From assembly GCA_943354165.1 (NCBI GenBank), contig CALRBH010000006.1, positions 1 through 42,708 of the forward strand: a DNA stretch of 42,708 nt, in the 5' to 3' direction. Below, in pieces: positions 40,749 through 42,708 of the stretch. The notes under the pieces were generated by a model. It did not search any database and was not told the DNA's origin. It saw only the letters and a list, made by a program, of their open reading frames with translations. The translations under genes and the position numbers were made by a program. The stretch's first letter is position 1, and each line of letters begins with the position of its first letter. The stretch comes from Candidatus Uhrbacteria bacterium RIFOXYB12_FULL_58_10 (GTDB lineage Bacteria > Patescibacteriota > Patescibacteriia > UBA9934 > GWF2-40-263).

Positions 40749-42708
40749 ATGCACCTCGTTAAACTTGAAATCCAAGGTTTTAAGACGTTTGCCAAGAAAA
40801 CGACCCTCACGTTCCTCGCTCCTAAGGAAGGCGTGAGCCCGCTTACCGCCATCGTGGGTCCGAACGGCTCTGGAAAGTCGAATGCCGCCGACGCCATCCG
40901 TTGGGTACTCGGTGAACAATCCCTCAAACTCCTGCGCGGAAAGAAGTCCGAGGATATTATTTTTTCTGGTTCCGAAGGCCGCGGACGCGCCGGCTTCGCC
41001 GAGGTTTCGATTTCCTTCAACAACGAGGATCGGAGCATGCCGATCGACTACACCGAAGTGACCATCACCCGCCGCCTTTATCGCGATGGCGAGTCCGAGT
41101 ATCTTTTGAACGACGCCACCGCGCGTCTCGCCGACATCCAGCTTCTGCTCGCCCAAGCAAACGTCGGCCAGCGTTCTTACTCCGTGGTCGGCCAAGGCAT
41201 GGTGGATCACATCCTCGTCTCCTCCCCCGAGGAGCGCAAAGCGTTTTTCGACGACGCCACCGGCGTGCGCCCGCTCCAGATGAAGCGTCATGAAGCGATG
41301 TTGAAATTGAAACGCACGTACGAAAACCTTACTGAGGTCGAAATGCTGCTTACGGAAATCGAACCTCGCCTTCGATCGTTGAAGCGCCAGGTGAGTCGTC
41401 TTGAGCAGCGCGATGAAGTAGAAAAATCCCTCCGCTCCCTTGAGGCCGCCTACTACGGAACCATGTGGTGGCAGCTTGAGGACCAGCACAAGACCGCGAA
41501 GGAACGCCATGCGAAATTGGAAGCCGATGTTGAAGCCGCAAAGGGCGGAATGGGTGGACTCGAAGCGCGCGTCGAAGCCATCGCCGCCGAAGATTCAGGA
41601 AAGAAGTCCGAAGCCGACGCCGGGCTTATCGAACTCCAGAAGCGCTACCAGGAACTGCAAAAAGAACGCAGCAAGGCCCGCGAGGCGGAATACCAGTCGA
41701 GCCGCCAGCTTGAGCTCATGAAAGTCCGCGCACAGTCGACCTGGGCTCCGCTTCCGCTTACAAAAATCATCGAAGAAATCGACACTATCGTCGCCGAGCA
41801 GCGCCAGCTGCTCGAACAAGTACGGTCCCTTACAGACCTTACCGCCCTTACAACCCTTACCGCCCAAATCGACGCGACTCTGTCACGTTCGACGAAACTC
41901 GTCGGCCGCCTCCAGCGCCCTGCCCCGGAAGACGTAAAACCCGACCCCGTCCTCGTTGCAAAAACCGAGGAGCACGCCAGCGATCGCGCGCGCATCGAAG
42001 GCGAGATCGCCACGCTCGAAAAGGAAATGGAAACCAAGGCGACGAGCGAAAAGCAGGTCCGCACCGAGCTCATCGACCTCCAGCGCGAACTCCGTCAGAA
42101 GCAGGCGCAGCTACATTTACTTGAAAGCCAGCGCAACAGCGTCTCCATTGAACTCGCGCGCTTCGAGGAGCGCCGTGGGAACCTTGTGCGCGAAATGGAC
42201 GAGCAACTCAAGGGTGAAATCGGCGACATCCGCACCGTGCGCCCATCGACGTTTGCCGACACCGCCGCGGCCTATCCGGAAATCCAGCGCCTCCGCTACC
42301 GCCTGGAACTCATCGGCGGCATCGACCCGGAGATCGTCAAAGAGTTCGAGGAAACGAATGCACGCTTTACCTTCCTCGACGCGCAGGTCAAAGATCTACG
42401 CGGAGCGATTTCGTCGACCGAAAAGCTCATCGACGAGCTCGACGAAGACATTCACATCCAGTCCGAACAGTCGTTCAAGGCCATCAACGTGGAGTTCCAA
42501 AAGTTTTTCAAACTGCTCTTCGGTGGCGGATCCTGTTCCCTGCTCAAGCTCACGAAGGAAGACCTCGAACCGGAACAACCGCCAGGCGAAGGGGTCACAC
42601 CTGAACGCGTCAGCACCGACACCGGAGCCGCCGAACGCAAGGAACATGAGGAAGACACCTCGGTAGAAGCCATCAAGATCCGCATCAAGGAACGCGAGGA
42701 CCGCGTGG
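40749..42708 (+). CDS. smc: SMC-family chromosome segregation ATPase (partial, runs off the window end); unusually short arms with no recognisable hinge
   Basis: Absent from the ORF track because it has no stop in the window. Manual translation from ATG 40749 is open to 42708. The N-head reads MHLVKLEIQGFKTFA...GPNGSGKSNAADAIRWVLGEQS...ITRRLYRDGESEYLLN. The C-head entry (ELIGGIDPEIVKEFEE...FKLLFGGG) is already reached by about aa 520-590. Confidence 0.85.
   Translation, partial: MHLVKLEIQGFKTFAKKTTLTFLAPKEGVSPLTAIVGPNGSGKSNAADAIRWVLGEQSLKLLRGKKSEDIIFSGSEGRGRAGFAEVSISFNNEDRSMPIDYTEVTITRRLYRDGESEYLLNDATARLADIQLLLAQANVGQRSYSVVGQGMVDHILVSSPEERKAFFDDATGVRPLQMKRHEAMLKLKRTYENLTEVEMLLTEIEPRLRSLKRQVSRLEQRDEVEKSLRSLEAAYYGTMWWQLEDQHKTAKERHAKLEADVEAAKGGMGGLEARVEAIAAEDSGKKSEADAGLIELQKRYQELQKERSKAREAEYQSSRQLELMKVRAQSTWAPLPLTKIIEEIDTIVAEQRQLLEQVRSLTDLTALTTLTAQIDATLSRSTKLVGRLQRPAPEDVKPDPVLVAKTEEHASDRARIEGEIATLEKEMETKATSEKQVRTELIDLQRELRQKQAQLHLLESQRNSVSIELARFEERRGNLVREMDEQLKGEIGDIRTVRPSTFADTAAAYPEIQRLRYRLELIGGIDPEIVKEFEETNARFTFLDAQVKDLRGAISSTEKLIDELDEDIHIQSEQSFKAINVEFQKFFKLLFGGGSCSLLKLTKEDLEPEQPPGEGVTPERVSTDTGAAERKEHEEDTSVEAIKIRIKEREDRV
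41827..41866. repeat. In-frame copy of the TTACNNCCC nonamer array inside smc
   Basis: CCCTTACAG ACCTTACCG CCCTTACAA CCCTTACCG CCC uses the same units as the intergenic arrays at 4200-4237, 4611-4651, 18442-18480 and 37341-37380. It encodes SLTDLTALTTLTA. Confidence 0.88.

Noticed and set aside
1-42708. An alternative genetic code (UGA recoding, as in some candidate phyla)
   Set aside because: Conserved genes end at TGA, TAA and TAG at the expected lengths (for example leuS at TGA, trxA at TAA, rnc at TAG). No conserved gene needs read-through of an in-frame stop.

Overview
This is a gene-dense, moderately GC-rich bacterial window made almost entirely of housekeeping genes. The gene content and reduced protein architectures suggest a Patescibacteria/CPR (Parcubacteria-like) genome; that placement is inference only. 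The genetic code is standard, since TGA, TAA and TAG all act as stops.

Gene order:
- Minus strand: a partial hypothetical gene, leuS, a Fis-type HTH gene, trxB, trxA, infB, a truncated pilC fused to a pilin-like tail, pilB, two receiver-only response regulators and a histidine kinase.
- Plus strand: truB and rny.
- Minus strand: hup, a lipoprotein, proS, two stand-alone hypothetical genes and tRNA-Arg(UCG).
- Plus strand: tRNA-Lys(CUU) and a SAM methyltransferase.
- Minus strand: rnc, nusB, rpmF, gyrA, a small membrane protein, an MBL-fold hydrolase and a hypothetical gene.
- Plus strand: rpsA, ftsH, a polytopic membrane protein, a second PilB/GspE-like ATPase and a hypothetical gene.
- Minus strand: a small ORF, tsaE, tsaD, a small ORF and tRNA-Glu(UUC).
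- Plus strand: an SPFH protein, a lycopene-cyclase-domain-like membrane protein, hsp20 and a VanW protein.
- An unassigned transcription unit of about 340 nt follows.
- Minus strand: clpP and a DHH/DHHA1 phosphoesterase.
- Plus strand: hicB and hicA. Minus strand: a lipoprotein. Plus strand: smc, which runs off the window end and is missing from the ORF track.

I found no CRISPR array, transposase, integrase, prophage or recognisable defence island other than hicBA.

The most unusual signal is non-genic. Many spacers hold tandem repeats with a 7-9 nt period, often as two inverted arms. There are at least two dispersed families (GGGNNGTAA/TTACNNCCC and AAACGACAA/TTTGTCGTT) and several locus-private units. 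Nonamer arrays also sit in frame inside truB, the DHH gene and smc.

Secondary observations:
- a pilC-pilin chimeric ORF
- an SMC with very short arms and apparently no hinge
- an IF-1-like OB-fold paralogue
- several TTGnnn-N17-TAnnnT promoters whose -10 box lies only 9-13 nt from the start codon, which implies leaderless mRNAs

The many long antisense ORFs in the track are GC-driven shadows.
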